Shown here: positions 1 through 13,500 of the stretch, one piece after another
Position numbering within the stretch: position 1 is the first letter of the stretch
Layout: every line of letters starts with the position of its first letter
Origin: Azolla caroliniana
Taxonomy: Eukaryota > Plantae > Polypodiophyta
DNA: 64,000 nt
Direction of reading: 5' to 3'
Assembly (NCBI GenBank): GCA_043228905.1
Contig: JBHGNT010000007.1
Span: forward strand, 9,548,001-9,612,000
The notes under the pieces: generated by a model
The model's database searches: none
What the model was told of the DNA's origin: nothing
The model's input: only the letters and a program-made list of their open reading frames with translations
Position numbers and translations under genes: made by a program

Positions 1-832
1 TTCCGAGTACAATAAGTTTCCTGTTGTAGCTTAGTTATAACTAGGTGGTGTTACTGTGTCCACTAGGTTCAACCATGGGGTTGATTAGGCTTATATAGAA
101 AGCTATATAAGCAAAACTGAAATGCACTGCATTAACTATGCTAGAGTGATGGAATAGAGGGCTTCCTCCACAGATAGCATGTTCGGCTTCCTCTGTTTTA
201 TACTAGATTGTCGCACATAGAGGATCTGTATAGAGAATTTTTTTGTAAACCCTCATGTTGGCTTTGAGCTTTCTCTCGCATGATTTAATCGTATCAGATT
301 ATTACCCTTACATAGCAATGAGATCAAGTGTATTAACCGCCCCTGGATGAAGGAAAATACAACATTATCCAAAATGAGATCGTTGAAGCTCTCATAAGAG
401 TGAAATCAAGTGCTCTCGGATGATAGAAAAATGGGCATTATTGAAAGTGAGATGGTTGAAGCTTTCAGAATGTAAAAATGATTCTAATGCTCATTCTATC
501 TGATTCTGAGCTTTGTGGATGATTCCACCCATTTCATTGAATTGTTAAACTGAATGGAATGATGAGTTCCACAATTGTAAACAAAGGCCAATGTTTTACT
601 TCACGTAGCTCACTTGGATCCTCAAGAGCAATTACCAAAGAGAAATTGGTTTAAATGGATCTGCCATGTCTAAAGATGCCGTGATATGAAAGCTTAAGAC
701 ACTGACCTACCATATCGAAAGATGCTTTGAAACTTTGGCCTCATCATGTATGAGAGAGTCTTTGACAAAAGAACTTGTATGTTTGCAGATTCTGTTAAAC
801 TCAGTTCATGTTTACGGCTTGGAAATTGTGCC

Positions 833-3800
833 ATGGACAGTGATGACTCTCCTACTTCATCCTACTCGTCAGATGAGGTTAGTCATTACTTCTGCTTATC
901 GTGGTATTGTGACTCTGCTTATTGTTCTTCCAGCATGGAGAATGTCAAAAAATAGAAATCCTTTTACTGTTTTGATATTTTGTTTTGTTCTTTGAGTAGA
1001 GGAAATTTGCAACCTGCCTCTTGTGTGAAAAGAAAATAACTGATGGTTCCTGACTAGTATGCACAATGTTCTTTTCTGATAAATGTGCTGGTCTCATAAT
1101 ATTTCAACACAACGTAAGCGCATCCAGTTTTCTTGCATTTAAAGATCTATATTCAGATTAAAGGGTTAGGCCATGGTTCTACCAAGAATTAGATATTCTC
1201 GCATCCTGAATGATAATAACTGGTTATAAACTAATATAGTACAAACGCATGAATTTTTTTCAGTGCAGAATATATTCTGGTTCAAGGGCTAGAACATTGT
1301 GTTAAGAATGGAACTTTCTTGCATCTTGAATGACAATAACTAGGTGGAATGTAACATGACTATTAACTGCATGCCATTTGGTTACTGCAGCATATATATT
1401 GATTAAAGGGCTAGATTTTGAGTTGTAATAAGAGGGAAACGTTTTTGACATCATGAACGACAATAATAAGTGGATTCTAATATACTATTTAAATGCAAGA
1501 ATATTTATCTTTGCAGAATATATATTAATTATAGTGCCAGACCATGGTTTTACCAAGAAGCTAACGTTCTGACATCCTGAATGATGATAATTTAGTAGAA
1601 GCTAGTAAAGTTGTATAAATACATGTTTTTTTGTCTTTGCAGAAATTGACAAATGTCTTTGATGAGAAATTCTGGAGCTACTCTGCAAGAAAGACATCTG
1701 TTTGTGAAGATTCTGCTTTTCAGTTTACCCTAAAGAATTCAAAGCAGTTGCAAAAAACTGATATCCTTGTTAAACAAGTATACCTTTAAACTTCATATTT
1801 TCATTTCTATACACTTTTTGGAGTTCTGGCACATTGCTAACTTGGGCAAATTCTTCTCAATCAGGGAAAAGGTAATAAATCATTCTCAGGAAAGCGACAA
1901 ACCTCAGTTTCTGTACATAGAGGATTTGAAGCTCTTACATCCTCATTGTCTCTCATAAGTGATACTCTTGGAAATGTGATCGAGGTAGCCTTTTTAAATT
2001 TGCTATAAATACCCAAGCTTGCTAATCATAAATAACTGTCAAGTGCTGAAGTGATCATGTTGCTGGCTTTCCTATTGATGTTAGGAAGGGTTGAATATCG
2101 TGGAGACGAAGGCTACAAATTTCATATATGCAGAACCTCGGAGTAGGGTATTGAAAAAGACCTTGGATACCTCATCCTCAGGGAAATGCTTACCTAGTGC
2201 TCCCAAAGTTAAAACAAAAGTAGAAGAAAAGTCACAGTTCCTTGAAGATGTGCCACTTAAAGCATCCCCAGGTGTTGATCCCATCATGATAAAGCTTCAC
2301 GAAGGCTCAGTTGAAAAAAAAGGCTCAGCCAAATATATCAAAGTATCGCAGGGAATTGAATCCCAGGGCCAAGAACACTCAATTGAGAAGTTGGGTGTAA
2401 CCAAGGACACTCAATTAAAAGCATCAAGAGATGTAAGTGCATCACCAAACCTTAATTTTCATCCATGATACTGATTTCGACTGTTGAAATTTGGTAACTC
2501 TGTTATGGTATGGAATATATTTCACATGTTAGAATGAGTCATTCATGGGTTTAAAGTAATGCACTTCCTACTTGATGGTACACTTTTAAGGATGTAAGTT
2601 GGTATCCTTTCAAAATTTCTGTAGGTAGCAATGGCAATGGCCACGAAGGCAAAAATGCTTTCACGTGAACTGAAAGATGTGAAAACAGATATTGCAATCA
2701 CACTGCAGCACTGTGCACAACTTGAAGAGGAGAACAGGAGACTAAAGGAGAACGATAACAAGGGTCTAAGACATGAAGATGATGATCTGGTATTTCTCCT
2801 AAACCCGATAGAGAAAAGCTTAAAGATGCTTGTTTATGAAGATGCATGTGTATAATATCCTTGGAATGTGGAGTGTATAGCACCTTGAAGTGATAGAAAC
2901 TGTTATAATTTGTTGTAAATGAGGAAGTTATGTTTCTTTGTTAAATCTCCAAATTTTGGTGGTTCAGACATTGACAATATGCAAGCATATTATTGGAAGT
3001 CATGAGATGTTAGGTGTCCAACTCCATCCACTCGTGCATTTATGTAATTTAATCTCTTTTCATGTAGTGATTGAAGAAATTGACAATATATAGATTTATT
3101 ATCACTGTTTTGGCTGTACTCTGTTGAGTCTAGGCTATGAACACATTTTGGGCATGACTATTTTTCAATAAAAAGGATTCAACCAAAACATTAGGCTAGA
3201 TTTTGATGTAAGTAATCTGGAACAGCCTGTGGTAGTGTTATTACTACTGCTTATTGGAAGAATATCACAAATCAGTTGAAGACCTTAGGCAGGCCATGTT
3301 AACATGGCTGACTTTCCCATCAAGTCCAGACTCTGATAAAAATTCACTGTGCTGATTTGCTTCACGTGCTGCACCTATTATTTGGCACTAATTATGTGAA
3401 ACTTGAAAGATACCAAATTTCCTAGTGCCTTTGGAAGATTATTCTTGATTGAGAAATCTTTGAGAGGCTCAAATACAACAAGATCTGTAAAACAAGTTAA
3501 CAAATATTTGAGAGGCTCAAATATAAACTGTTGGAGGGTGGCAGCTCCAGACCTGCACTCTCTTTCATCTTTATTATCTCTGTACTACATTCTCTCTTCC
3601 CAGATTCTTCTTTCTCTAGAATCTGCAACTCTTTAAATGCCTTCTCTCTCTAGAATCTGCAATGCTTTAAATGCCTTTTGTCTCTTCCACTTTTTCCAAG
3701 ATATTCCCTTTTTATTCCTAGTTTATTGTACCTGTTTGGTAGTACAAGAGTCTCTTAACTACCAAACAACTATTCCCAATTTTGTATAAATAGGCTTATA

Positions 3801-4567
3801 CCAGCCTCTTTTGTAATAAGATTATTTTCTGCTGCTACTTAGAAACAAGCACAACTCTTTGGCTGTGTCTCTACTCTTTGCAACCATTTTTTCTACTGCT
3901 GTCTAACAGCCTTCTCACAGCTTGGCTGTGTCTATTTTGTTTTAACTCTTCCGCTGCTGCTATTAACAGCTTTTCTCACATAAACAAGATCTTGACTTGG
4001 ACTGTTTTTTTGGATCCTGTTTAATTTTTTCGTGCTTACCTATAAAAGCTTTATATATCGTGTTGCTTCTTAGTCGTGCATTTCCCAGTTACTATCATAT
4101 TCATCATACATTGTGATGGTATTTGCATTAGCAATTGTAACTGCATCTATTAGAATAGCCAACTCTGTTGCATTAACATGAAGATCTTGATGGTTGTCAT
4201 ATACACCTCCTTGATTTTAAGGGATCACGTCCATGGATCTTTTTACTAGGTAAGACTTCAACTCGAAGCCCTCCTTGCTGAGAAGGGCAGGTTAGCACAG
4301 GAGAACGCCTCATATGCACGGGAAAATCAGTTTCTACGAGAAGTAGTGCAATATCATCGGCTAAAGTTACGAGATGTATATCTTTCTGAGGAAAATTTAG
4401 CAATGGATGAAGAAAGTAGAGACGGTTCAACTGGAGATATGAGCTTCTTACCCCTGTATTCTATGGATATGAACTTCTTGCCTCTTTATCCTGAAGAGAA
4501 GGATATCATTGCTCTTGAAGAATCTGTGAAAGTGGCAACCCACAATCAATATCATGAAGATTGTTAA
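833..4567 (+). CDS. Uncharacterised plant coiled-coil protein, At2g30530/At5g01970/At1g30050 family (6 exons)
   Basis: GT-AG exons in continuous frame: 833-877 (tentative first exon), 1643-1777, 1865-1984, 2085-2432, 2625-2789, 4250-4567. The spliced protein has the family motifs [54 protein letters not shown] and [41 protein letters not shown]. Confidence 0.85.
1135..1642 (+). repeat. Degenerate ~125-bp tandem repeat, 4 copies, in intron 1
   Basis: Recurring blocks tatatt..attaaagggctag / catc.tgaatga.aataa / tgcag. Units end near 1268, 1390, 1516 and 1642. Confidence 0.7.
3529..3980. mobile_element. Solo LTR in the last intron of the coiled-coil gene
   Basis: Begins TGTTG and ends TCACA. 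Flanked by a direct 5-bp repeat TAAAC (3524-3528 and 3981-3985). Internal TATAAATA near 3785. Confidence 0.7.
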
Positions 4568-6345
4568 AATAAATCAATCCATCCTCTGTCCAAGGTTTGT
4601 GTGAACAATCTGCTGGCGACATAAGTGCCCTTAGAGACTGTGAAAATGACAAGGCACAATCAATATCTTGAGGATTGATAAAAATCAATCAATCTATCCG
4701 TCAATCAATCCTCTCCAAGGTTAGTGTAAACAATCAATCAATTGGCTATTGTTGTTACTGCAATGGCGATAAAAGAGCAATCTATCATGTAATGCTAGAT
4801 TTGATTCTCTTTTCATTTGAGGTGCCAATGAGAGTTATAAATGGCATCTATTGTTAAATAGAAAAATGAATTTAAAGCATGTATTATATATATATATATA
4901 TATATATATAGTTAAAAGAAAGTTACCACAAAAATGTATTTGGATTGATGTCAACAAACAGTTATTCGATTCTTTTCTTGTGTTTATTCAAGAAATTGAA
5001 ATTATTTGATCCTTGTCACTTGTGTTTCATTTATTGGCACTTTGGGTCTCTTGGCTAAAATATTTTAAGTGTGTACAAGAATGATTTGATGTATAAATTG
5101 TTGAGCTCTTCGAATATTTCAAAATTGATTTGAGAAATTATTTGATCCTTCTTACCTATCACTCGCATGTCATTTATTGGCACTAGTGATTTCTTGCCTA
5201 GAGTTTCTTTAGAGTGTACAATAAATGATTTTGTATATAATTGCTTTGAGTAATATGTCTATGTCACAATGATTGCTTCCTACACCTTAAAGTGTGTTAC
5301 AATGTGTTCCAACAATGGTGTGAAAAGCAAAGCTTTAACAAACAAAACAAGTTGCCATGTTTGGAATGAGCCCATAATGAGGGACACTCATATGCTTACT
5401 TAAAAGAGTACTTTGGATTTCCAAGTGACACATTTCGATGCGAAAATTTGGAATACACAAACATTGGTGTACAAGTCATCAGTTTTGCATAGATGGCTTG
5501 TCATGATGCCAAGGTGTTAAAATGGATGTGATTACCATACCAAGCAAGCACACAGAGACAATACTCATTTCAAACTTACTCTAGATGACTCTTCATAACC
5601 TCACACAAACTTTCTTTTTCATGTGTAATTATGTGCTTTGATCATAATATTAGTCATTTTATTTTCTCAAGCTTCCGACCAAGCATTGACACGTAATGTT
5701 GTAAAACAAACAATTAAGCATGTACATGTAATTTCCTTTCATGCATAAGCATATTCTATGTCATTTACGTTAATTAATATAATAAGCTTTCCATTATTAG
5801 GATGTATACAAAATAATAATAATATGATGTACATATCCTTACGTACACTTAATCAAATACTAACTTCATTTTTAGTTCCGAGAGAGTAATGGCCTATCTT
5901 GTCTAATGTACATTTGTGTAAGTATTGTGTTTAGAGTGTGTTAATTGCTTAATCAATCAATATCATTAGTGCTTATCTAGATTCTTATTAGGAAGGTCAA
6001 TGATGCTAGGGGATAACTAGTTTATGTCCATTTTAAAGAAATATACCAAAACACACTTCTTTATCCATGGGATTCCAAGAACATTGATGTATCTCCCATA
6101 TCGATAACTTGATCTCTGAATAACTGAAGAGATTGTCATTGTATGATTTCCCTTCTCTATATAAATTTGGAGAGAAAGATGTTGTAGAGAAGTCGAGAGA
6201 TGACATGAACAAATGAAAAGAAGGAAAGAACTCATATACAACTTTGAGTGCATTTTGACCATAAAGTTGGTACACACAGTCAATACAATCCACCCCTTGA
6301 GGGCAACTGGAAAATTACACTAAGATTATAATTTTTTATGGAGAA

Positions 6346-6348
<3 letters not shown>

Positions 6349-6388
<40 letters not shown>
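6349..6388. repeat. (GA)n microsatellite
   Basis: Read directly. Other microsatellites: (TA)n ~4886-4910, (AG)n ~9401-9427, (CT)n ~9951-9990, (AAT)n ~24193-24232, (ATAC)n ~35268-35322. Confidence 0.95.
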
Positions 6389-6391
<3 letters not shown>

Positions 6392-6538
6392 TTGTTGGAA
6401 ATAGGAGATTAACTACGATCTCAAGAAATGATGTTTATCACAAGTTTATTGACAAACATAAGTGGATGGAAGAAAGGGTTATGAAGATATGGGGTTTTCG
6501 TAAGCCCATTACCTAATGGTTTCATGTGATCAAGGTAG

Positions 6539-8820
6539 TGTTGGGTTCGGAAGCACAAGACAATACTACTCTTCCACACGAAAGCTAACAAATCTTTTCC
6601 CCAATTATGTTGTAAAATAGAAGATAGTAATCAAAACCAAAACCAATCTTGACAGCAATTCAATAAGAAACTTCACACTTGAACACTAACAAGATCAAAG
6701 AGACACGAGATTTACGTGGAAAACCCCGATGTGGGGAAAAAACCACAAGACCGTTCACAACGGCACCAAAATTCTACTAATAAACAATAATACAGTGGGT
6801 ACAACATGTTTTCATATCTAGTTCAAAACTAGAGGCTTGTATGGTTTAAAACAAGCACCTCGTCAATGGTATAAGAAATTTGGGTCATCCATGGTTGATC
6901 ATGGTTTTCACAAAACACAACGGATCATTGTGTGTTTGTGAAGAATTACTCTGAGAGTGATTTCTTGATTCTTCTTCTATATGTGGATGATATGTTGATT
7001 GTTGGTTTTAACACCAAGAGGATTGTTAGTTGTGAAGAATTACTCTGAGAGTGATTTCTTGATTCTTCTTCTATATGTGGATGATATGTTGATTGTTGGT
7101 TTTAACACCAAGAGGATTGTTAGTTGTGAAGAATTACTCTGAGAGTGATTTCTTGATTCCTCTTCTAAATGTGGATGATATGTTGATTGTTGGTTTTAAC
7201 ACCAAGAGGATTGTTAGTTGTGAAGAATTACTCTGAGAGTGATTTCTTGATTCCTCTTCTATATGCGAATGATATGTTGATTGTTGGTTTTAACACCAAG
7301 AGGATTGTTAGTTGTTAAGAATTACTCTGAGAGTGATTTCTTGATTCCTCCTTTATATGTGGATGATATGTTGATTGTTGGTTTTAACACCAAGAGAGGA
7401 TTGTTAGTTTGAAGAATGCTTTAAGCAAGTCCTTTGCCATGAAGGATCTTGGCCCTGCAAAGCAAATTTTGGGCATGAACATCTCCCGTGATAGAAAGAA
7501 CAAGAAGCTATGGTTATCACAAGAGAAGTACATCGAAAAGGTGCTCCAAAAGTTCAACATGGACAAGGCTAAAGATGTGAGTTCTCCACTTGCAAGCCAT
7601 ATGAAATTGAGTTCTAGTCAGTGTCCTACAAGTAAAGAAGACAAAGAAGAGATGAAGATAGTGCCTTATGCCTCCATTGTTGGTAGTTTGATGTAAGCCA
7701 TGGTGTGTACAAGGTCAGACATTGCACATGCAGTTGGAGTTGTTAGTCGATTCATGCCAAATCCAGGAAAGGAGCACTGGACAACCGTGAAATGGATTCT
7801 CCGGTATCTCAGGGGTACTTCTAGAGTTTGTTTATGTTTTGGACCTGGACAACCTATGTTAGATGGCTACACAGATGCAAATATGTTAGGTGATATTGAT
7901 TCTAGCAAGTCTACTTCTGGGTATTTGATGACATTTGCAGGAGGAGTTGTATCTTGGCAATCTAAGCTACAAAAGTGTGTTGCGTTGTCAACAACAGAGA
8001 CTGAATATATTGCAGCCACTAAAGCATGCAAGGAGTTGTTATGGATGATGAATTTTCTTGAAGAACTTGGTTTGAACCAAGAAAGGTATATACTTTATTG
8101 TGATAGTCAAAGTGCAATTCACCTTGCTAAGAATGTTGTCTACCATGCCCGAACCAAACATATTCAAAGAAGATATCATTGGATTCGCAAAGTGGTGGAA
8201 AAAAAATTAGTTGCACTTGAGAAAGTGCACACTGATCAAAATGGATCGGGCATGTTGACTAAAATCTTACTCTTACCTAAGAGTAAGATTGAAGCTTGCC
8301 GCTTGAAAGCAGGTTTGGTTGAACCCCCCATGTAGGAGTGAGGGGGAGATTTGCTGGGTTCTTCCCTCCTACATGGAGGAAGAGGTCCAAATAAATCATT
8401 GGGTTCTTCCCTCCTATCTTCATAGATTCTACTTTGATCGGATTTTATGAATCTGTGAAATTTGCCACTATATGTGATGATTTGTAGAGATTTGTTGATC
8501 CAAGGACTTACCTTGAAAATTGTAAAAACCTCTAGTTTTGAACTAGAGATGAAAACCTGTTGTACCCACTGGATTATTGTTTATTAGTAGAATTTTGGTG
8601 TCGTTGTGAACGGTCCTGTGGTTTTTTCCCCACATCGGGGTTTTCCACGTAAATCTCGTGTCTCTTTGATTTGTTAGTGTTCAAGTGTGGAGTTTCTTGC
8701 TGAATTGCTATCAAGATTGGTTTTGGTTTTGATTACTATCTTCTATTTTACAACACAAATGAGGAAAAGATTTGTTAGCTTTCGTGTGGAAGAGTAGTAT
8801 TGTCTTGTGCATCATCAACA
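6539..8820 (+). mobile_element. Truncated Ty1/Copia element (3' RT, RNase H, PPT, LTR) with an inverted partial LTR at its left end
   Basis: [65 protein letters not shown] at ~8340 and LTR ~8352-8820. 6539-6835 is the reverse complement of 8529-8820. GGTAG flanks both ends (6534-6538, 8821-8825). Premature stop at ~7694. Confidence 0.9.
6941..7412 (+). repeat. 94-bp tandem repeat, 5 copies, of the RT YVDD-coding segment
   Basis: aagaattactctgagagtg starts at 6941, 7035, 7129, 7223 and 7317 (period 94). Confidence 0.95.
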
Positions 8821-8899
8821 GGTAGGTTGGTTTTCTTGATTGATGCTACAAGCTAAGGTATTCATTTGGGGAGTTATGGTTGGGGCTTTACCATCAAGG

Positions 8900-9350
8900 G
8901 GATGCATTAAAAAAAAGAAACATTGCTAGAGGAACATGGTTTTTTTTATTTAGTGGAATTAGAACATAATAGGCATCAATTTCTTTCATACCCGATAGCT
9001 AGGATGGTTTGGAGGTGTATCAATTTAGTGTGGATGTCTCTAACTAGAGTAAGCATATCTTCCTTTAGTTGGGTTTTTGCACATATGGAGATCAATGAAC
9101 TGATGCCTCATTTCCAAATTATTTTTGAGTTTGTGAGGTATTGGGGGCTATGCTTCAATGGGAATATGTGGAATGCCTTCACTTTTGATTCGCAAGTTGG
9201 GGTGAGAAAATATGTTGTAAAGTTAAAAGGATTTCTTTTGTGGCAATTGATAGTGCTAGAGAAGTCGCGGAATCTCAAGCATGAAGAGAGAGAACTCTGC
9301 AAGGTCACATATCATCATATTCGTCGCCATTTGAATTGATGCGTAGGGTG
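8900..9350 (+). mobile_element. Decayed 3' end of a LINE ORF2 (zf-RVT-like region)
   Basis: HQFLSYPIARMVWRCI...W...MWNAFTF resembles the H.F..CP.A..VW...W.IW..RN..F tail of plant LINE ORF2. Very degenerate. Confidence 0.4.
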
Positions 9351-9400
9351 GCATTGAGTTTGGTGTTTTTTTCTTACTTAATGAAAGCCATTATTTATGA

Positions 9401-9431
<31 letters not shown>

Positions 9432-9948
9432 ATTTGTTGTTCTCAAAGGTCAATTATATGGCATATGGAATCAAAGCTAAACATTTTCCTTATGATAGTT
9501 TCAAAGTGATTGAAATAACGATTATGTACGTTAGAATTTCAAAAAGTGTGCTTGCATGTTCCCATAGATTTTACCTACATACATACATACATATATATAT
9601 GAATGATGAGAAAGAGAGAGACTCTCGAATCGGAATGATGCACTCTCTAATCACTAGCAAAACACATGTGGAGAAGTGTGGTAATGTTGAAACATGAGCT
9701 CTATTTCGCAGTTTTATATTCCTCCCTTGTGTCCGATTGTCGTCATGATTCCTCGACATCATTACGACACGCTCGCTTCTAGGTACACCACTACCATGGT
9801 ACATTACGGTGGACCATGGGGGGCTCCACTTCTGCTATGGCTATGGCTATGGCTATGGCTATGACATGCATATACATACGTATGTCGGTAAGCTAGTAGC
9901 TGTTTCGAGAACACAATTACGCGGACAACCATAGTCAATTTCGGCATT

Positions 9949-9993
<45 letters not shown>

Positions 9994-10279
9994 CATACAC
10001 ACACCACACACCCCACCAAAAGCAAAAGCAAAAGCAAAAGCAAAAATGCTGAAAATCAGAAAAGCAAACATTCATTTAACCGTTACAAAGATATGTAGAT
10101 AGATAGATCCCTAATACCTATCCCCCTCCTCCCTCCACCATTTCATTCATTCATTCATTCATTCATGTGAACAGAAGAAAGAAGAAGAAATCAATCCATT
10201 TGAACTGAACCCACCACCAATTTTACATACCAATCAATCCCTTTTTCTCTCCTTCTTCTTCTTCTTAAGACTCTTCCAG

Positions 10280-10550
10280 AAACCCTAAATAATCCAAAAC
10301 ATTGCAAACCGAGTTCCAAAACCCTAAATACACCCAACATTCTAACCCTACAAACCCTAGACGTAGAAACTCACAAACAACCCTATCAAAAATCCAAGAC
10401 CCTAACCCTAGATACCCCAAAAAAACCCAGGCATAAGGGAATTTCCCAACCTTAACACCCCAAAACTGATGTTCTAAACCCTAAATTCAAAATCTCTAGC
10501 TTTAAAGCGCTACCATTGATAACTCCAATCCGAAACATCTACCCTAACCC
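10280..10550 (+). promoter_or_regulatory. Cluster of telo-box-like motifs (AAACCCTA) upstream of the EB1 start codon
   Basis: Several aaccctaa/aaccctag copies directly upstream of the ATG at 10587. More copies occur in EB1 introns 2 and 4. Confidence 0.45.
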
Positions 10551-10586
10551 CAACTCGGAAAATTAAATCCTACATCTTCATTTGCC

Positions 10587-13500
10587 ATGGCCGCAAGCAG
10601 TATAGGAGTGATGGATGGAGCTTACTTTGTAGGTAGGAATGAAATCCTGCAGTGGGTGAACTCCACTCTCAATCTCTCCCTCACCAAAATTGAACAGGTA
10701 AGAAAAAGGAAGCATTTGTTTGCTCTTCTTTTGCTTCCAGGGTTTCTGATTTTGAAACCTTTTCTTCATTTTTCTTAGTTGCTTGGCAATTATGATTCTG
10801 TTCTGCTAGGGATTCTGATATTGTTTGAAACGGCTGTGATGGTTGTTCACGTTTGATTATTTTGTTATTATGTTGACATTTCTGTGGCTATCTTAGGGTT
10901 GTGTGATTGGTTAAAGGGTTTTCTTAGCTCATCACCAACAGATGCACATTTTTGTTGTTTTGTCAGGCTGCGTCTGGAGCTGTTTACTGCCAACTCATGG
11001 ACTCAACTCACCCAGGAGCAGTTCCAATGCACAAGGTTTCCTCCACAAACTCTCTCTCTCTCTCTCTCTCTGCGCTAAATCTTTTGAAATCCTAAATTTT
11101 GTTCGCGGCGTCTGTGGGTTCACAGTAAGCTCTACATATTATTCTTACTGGGCATTCTCATCTCTCCAGATCCTCGTTAAGTTCAAGAATTTCTCTTTCT
11201 TGCCTCTTAACTTGTTTGGAAGTCCTAAATTCTAAGTTCTAGGTTTCTTCTGTCTCTGATATGTCCAAAACAACGAATTTTGGTTCCGTGCGCAGAGGTT
11301 TTAGATACAATTGTGCTTCTTTTATCTCTAAGCCCGGTTTTTGGGCACAACCGTGAATATGATATTTGGAAACCCTAAAACTTAGTAGAAACACTAATTT
11401 TACGTTTCAAGTTGCTTCTGAGCGTCTGGATTGATGGCAGAACCCTAGAACCTAAAGTTTGTACTAATACTCCAAACCTTAAATTCGATTGTGATTTCCT
11501 GGGAGGATGCAGAACACCCAAACGCAAAGTTCGATTTTGAATTTCTGGATGATACTGAAACTCTTTATGAAACCGGATTTAATTTCTGGAACAGGTAAAC
11601 TTCGATGCTATGACCGAGTATGATATGATCCAGAACTACAAGGTACTTCAGGATGTCTTCAACAAACTGAAGATTCCCAAGGTTAGTTTCAAAGGCTGTA
11701 CATAGCCTCAGTCTGAAAGAAAGAAACCTGAGAAACTATGTATTTTGTGAGATAAAATAGACCTTGAAAACTTAAAAGTCTTTCTTTCTTTTTTCTTCTT
11801 CTTATGTTAATTTTTTCAGCACATAGAAGTGAGTAAACTCCTGAGAAGGAGACCACTTGACAACTTGGAGTTCATGCAATGGATGAAAAGATACTGTGAT
11901 TCCATCAATGGGGGCTTCAACCAGAAGTAAGTGATATGCTCCACATGATAAATCCGCCTTAGGTTATGCTTTGATTTCAGTCCATGGGCGTGTGAGAAGT
12001 CATATGCTTTTTTATGTTTAGGTTTTAGAACCAAGACTAGGATTTATGGTCATTATGGTGTAGATTTATTTATAGTTTAGGGTTATGGTATAGAGCCAAG
12101 ATTAGAGTTTATGGTTATTTATGGTGTAGAAGCTAGATTAAGGTTTAGGATAATTTAGCTGTAGAGTTAAGGGTTCATTTCATAGTCTTTATGGTTTAGA
12201 TTTGAGGTTTGAAATTATTAGGGTTCAAATTTGAGGAGTGGATCCTGAAGCTAAGCGGTGTGGTGTTTATGTAGCTATAATGCCTGTGAGAGAAGAGAAT
12301 CCGCTAGAGGGGGCAAAGAAAATAAAAAAGCTCCAACTCCTCTTCAGTCTAATAATAATGCCACTACTCCAATTGTACACAAGGCATCTTCTCAAGCGAG
12401 GCGTGCTGATGCCTCTATAATTGGTAAAACATCTCGCTCTCTTTTTTATTGGAGCTCAGCTTTCTTGTATATATAGTATACAAGAAAACCGAGATTATTT
12501 GTCACAAATGCCTGTTTTTCACTGTAGTGTCGGAAAGATGTCACCATGAAGTGTGCTTTATTCTCCTTTGTCACATATTATCTTTATTTTTAAGTGCCCG
12601 TTGGAACTCTTGAAATTGGGCAAGATGAACTCTCTTCTCTAGTATGCTAAGCAAAGAATACTTTGGAAAAGAGCATATAAAACTGGCTGTATTTCTCGGA
12701 TTTGGTGCTATAATTATTGTGTTGTCATCTTTTATTAATTATTAATAAAGAAATACTGAAAGGGATCCCAGCCATTAGGGGCAAGTATGATGTTGAATTC
12801 TTTGTTGAGCAGAAATGGAGCAATGTCGTCACAATACATACAAAATGTTAACTTGATCTTACTTTGTTTATGTAAGGTATCTCCGTTGGTGAAATTTAGC
12901 AGAAGTTGTGGCTCATTCACCAGAGAGAAAATGCTGTTATGTGTACATCTTAAAATATTTGAGAAAAATGAAAGAAATACTCAAAATCTGAGGAGAGGGA
13001 ATTATAATCATCTTCTTTGTCTGCACACATGTTATAATGTTTTGTTACTCATAATGTGATATTGAATGTTGAGATATGGAAATTGAATAGGTACAAGAGC
13101 TCCGAGGCCATCATTGTCAACTGCCTCAAGGCCTTCATCTCCATCGATACCGATGGTGCCAGCCTCAGAAGTCAATGCACTAGTGGAGCAGGTGATCTTA
13201 TTACTACATACTTCTGTGGTTTCGTTTTATTCGAGGTTGTTTGTTCCCTGTTATTGCTAATACATACTTTTACACAGGGTTTGTTGGATTTGAATTCTTG
13301 TTCTGGTTGTAAATAGGGGTCCACTTGTTAATGTCCAGTACCATACATTTCATTTCATTGCATTTTGCTGATCACTTTGGAGTGTTCTGATTTTGTTGTG
13401 TATTTGTCCAGGTCACTGAATTAAAGCTGTCAGTCGATAGCTTAGAAAAAGAGCGTGATTTCTACTTCACAAAACTGAGGGATATTGAGATACTTTGTCA

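Noticed and set aside
318-475. ~75-bp degenerate duplication with coding-like look
   Set aside because: Interrupted by stops, with no recognisable family or splice link to the downstream gene.
6941-7412. CRISPR-like array
   Set aside because: Units are contiguous copies of RT coding sequence with no unique spacers, in a eukaryotic context.
11370-12230. Interstitial telomeric array
   Set aside because: Only scattered degenerate AAACCCT/AGGGTT motifs in EB1 introns, not a tandem array.
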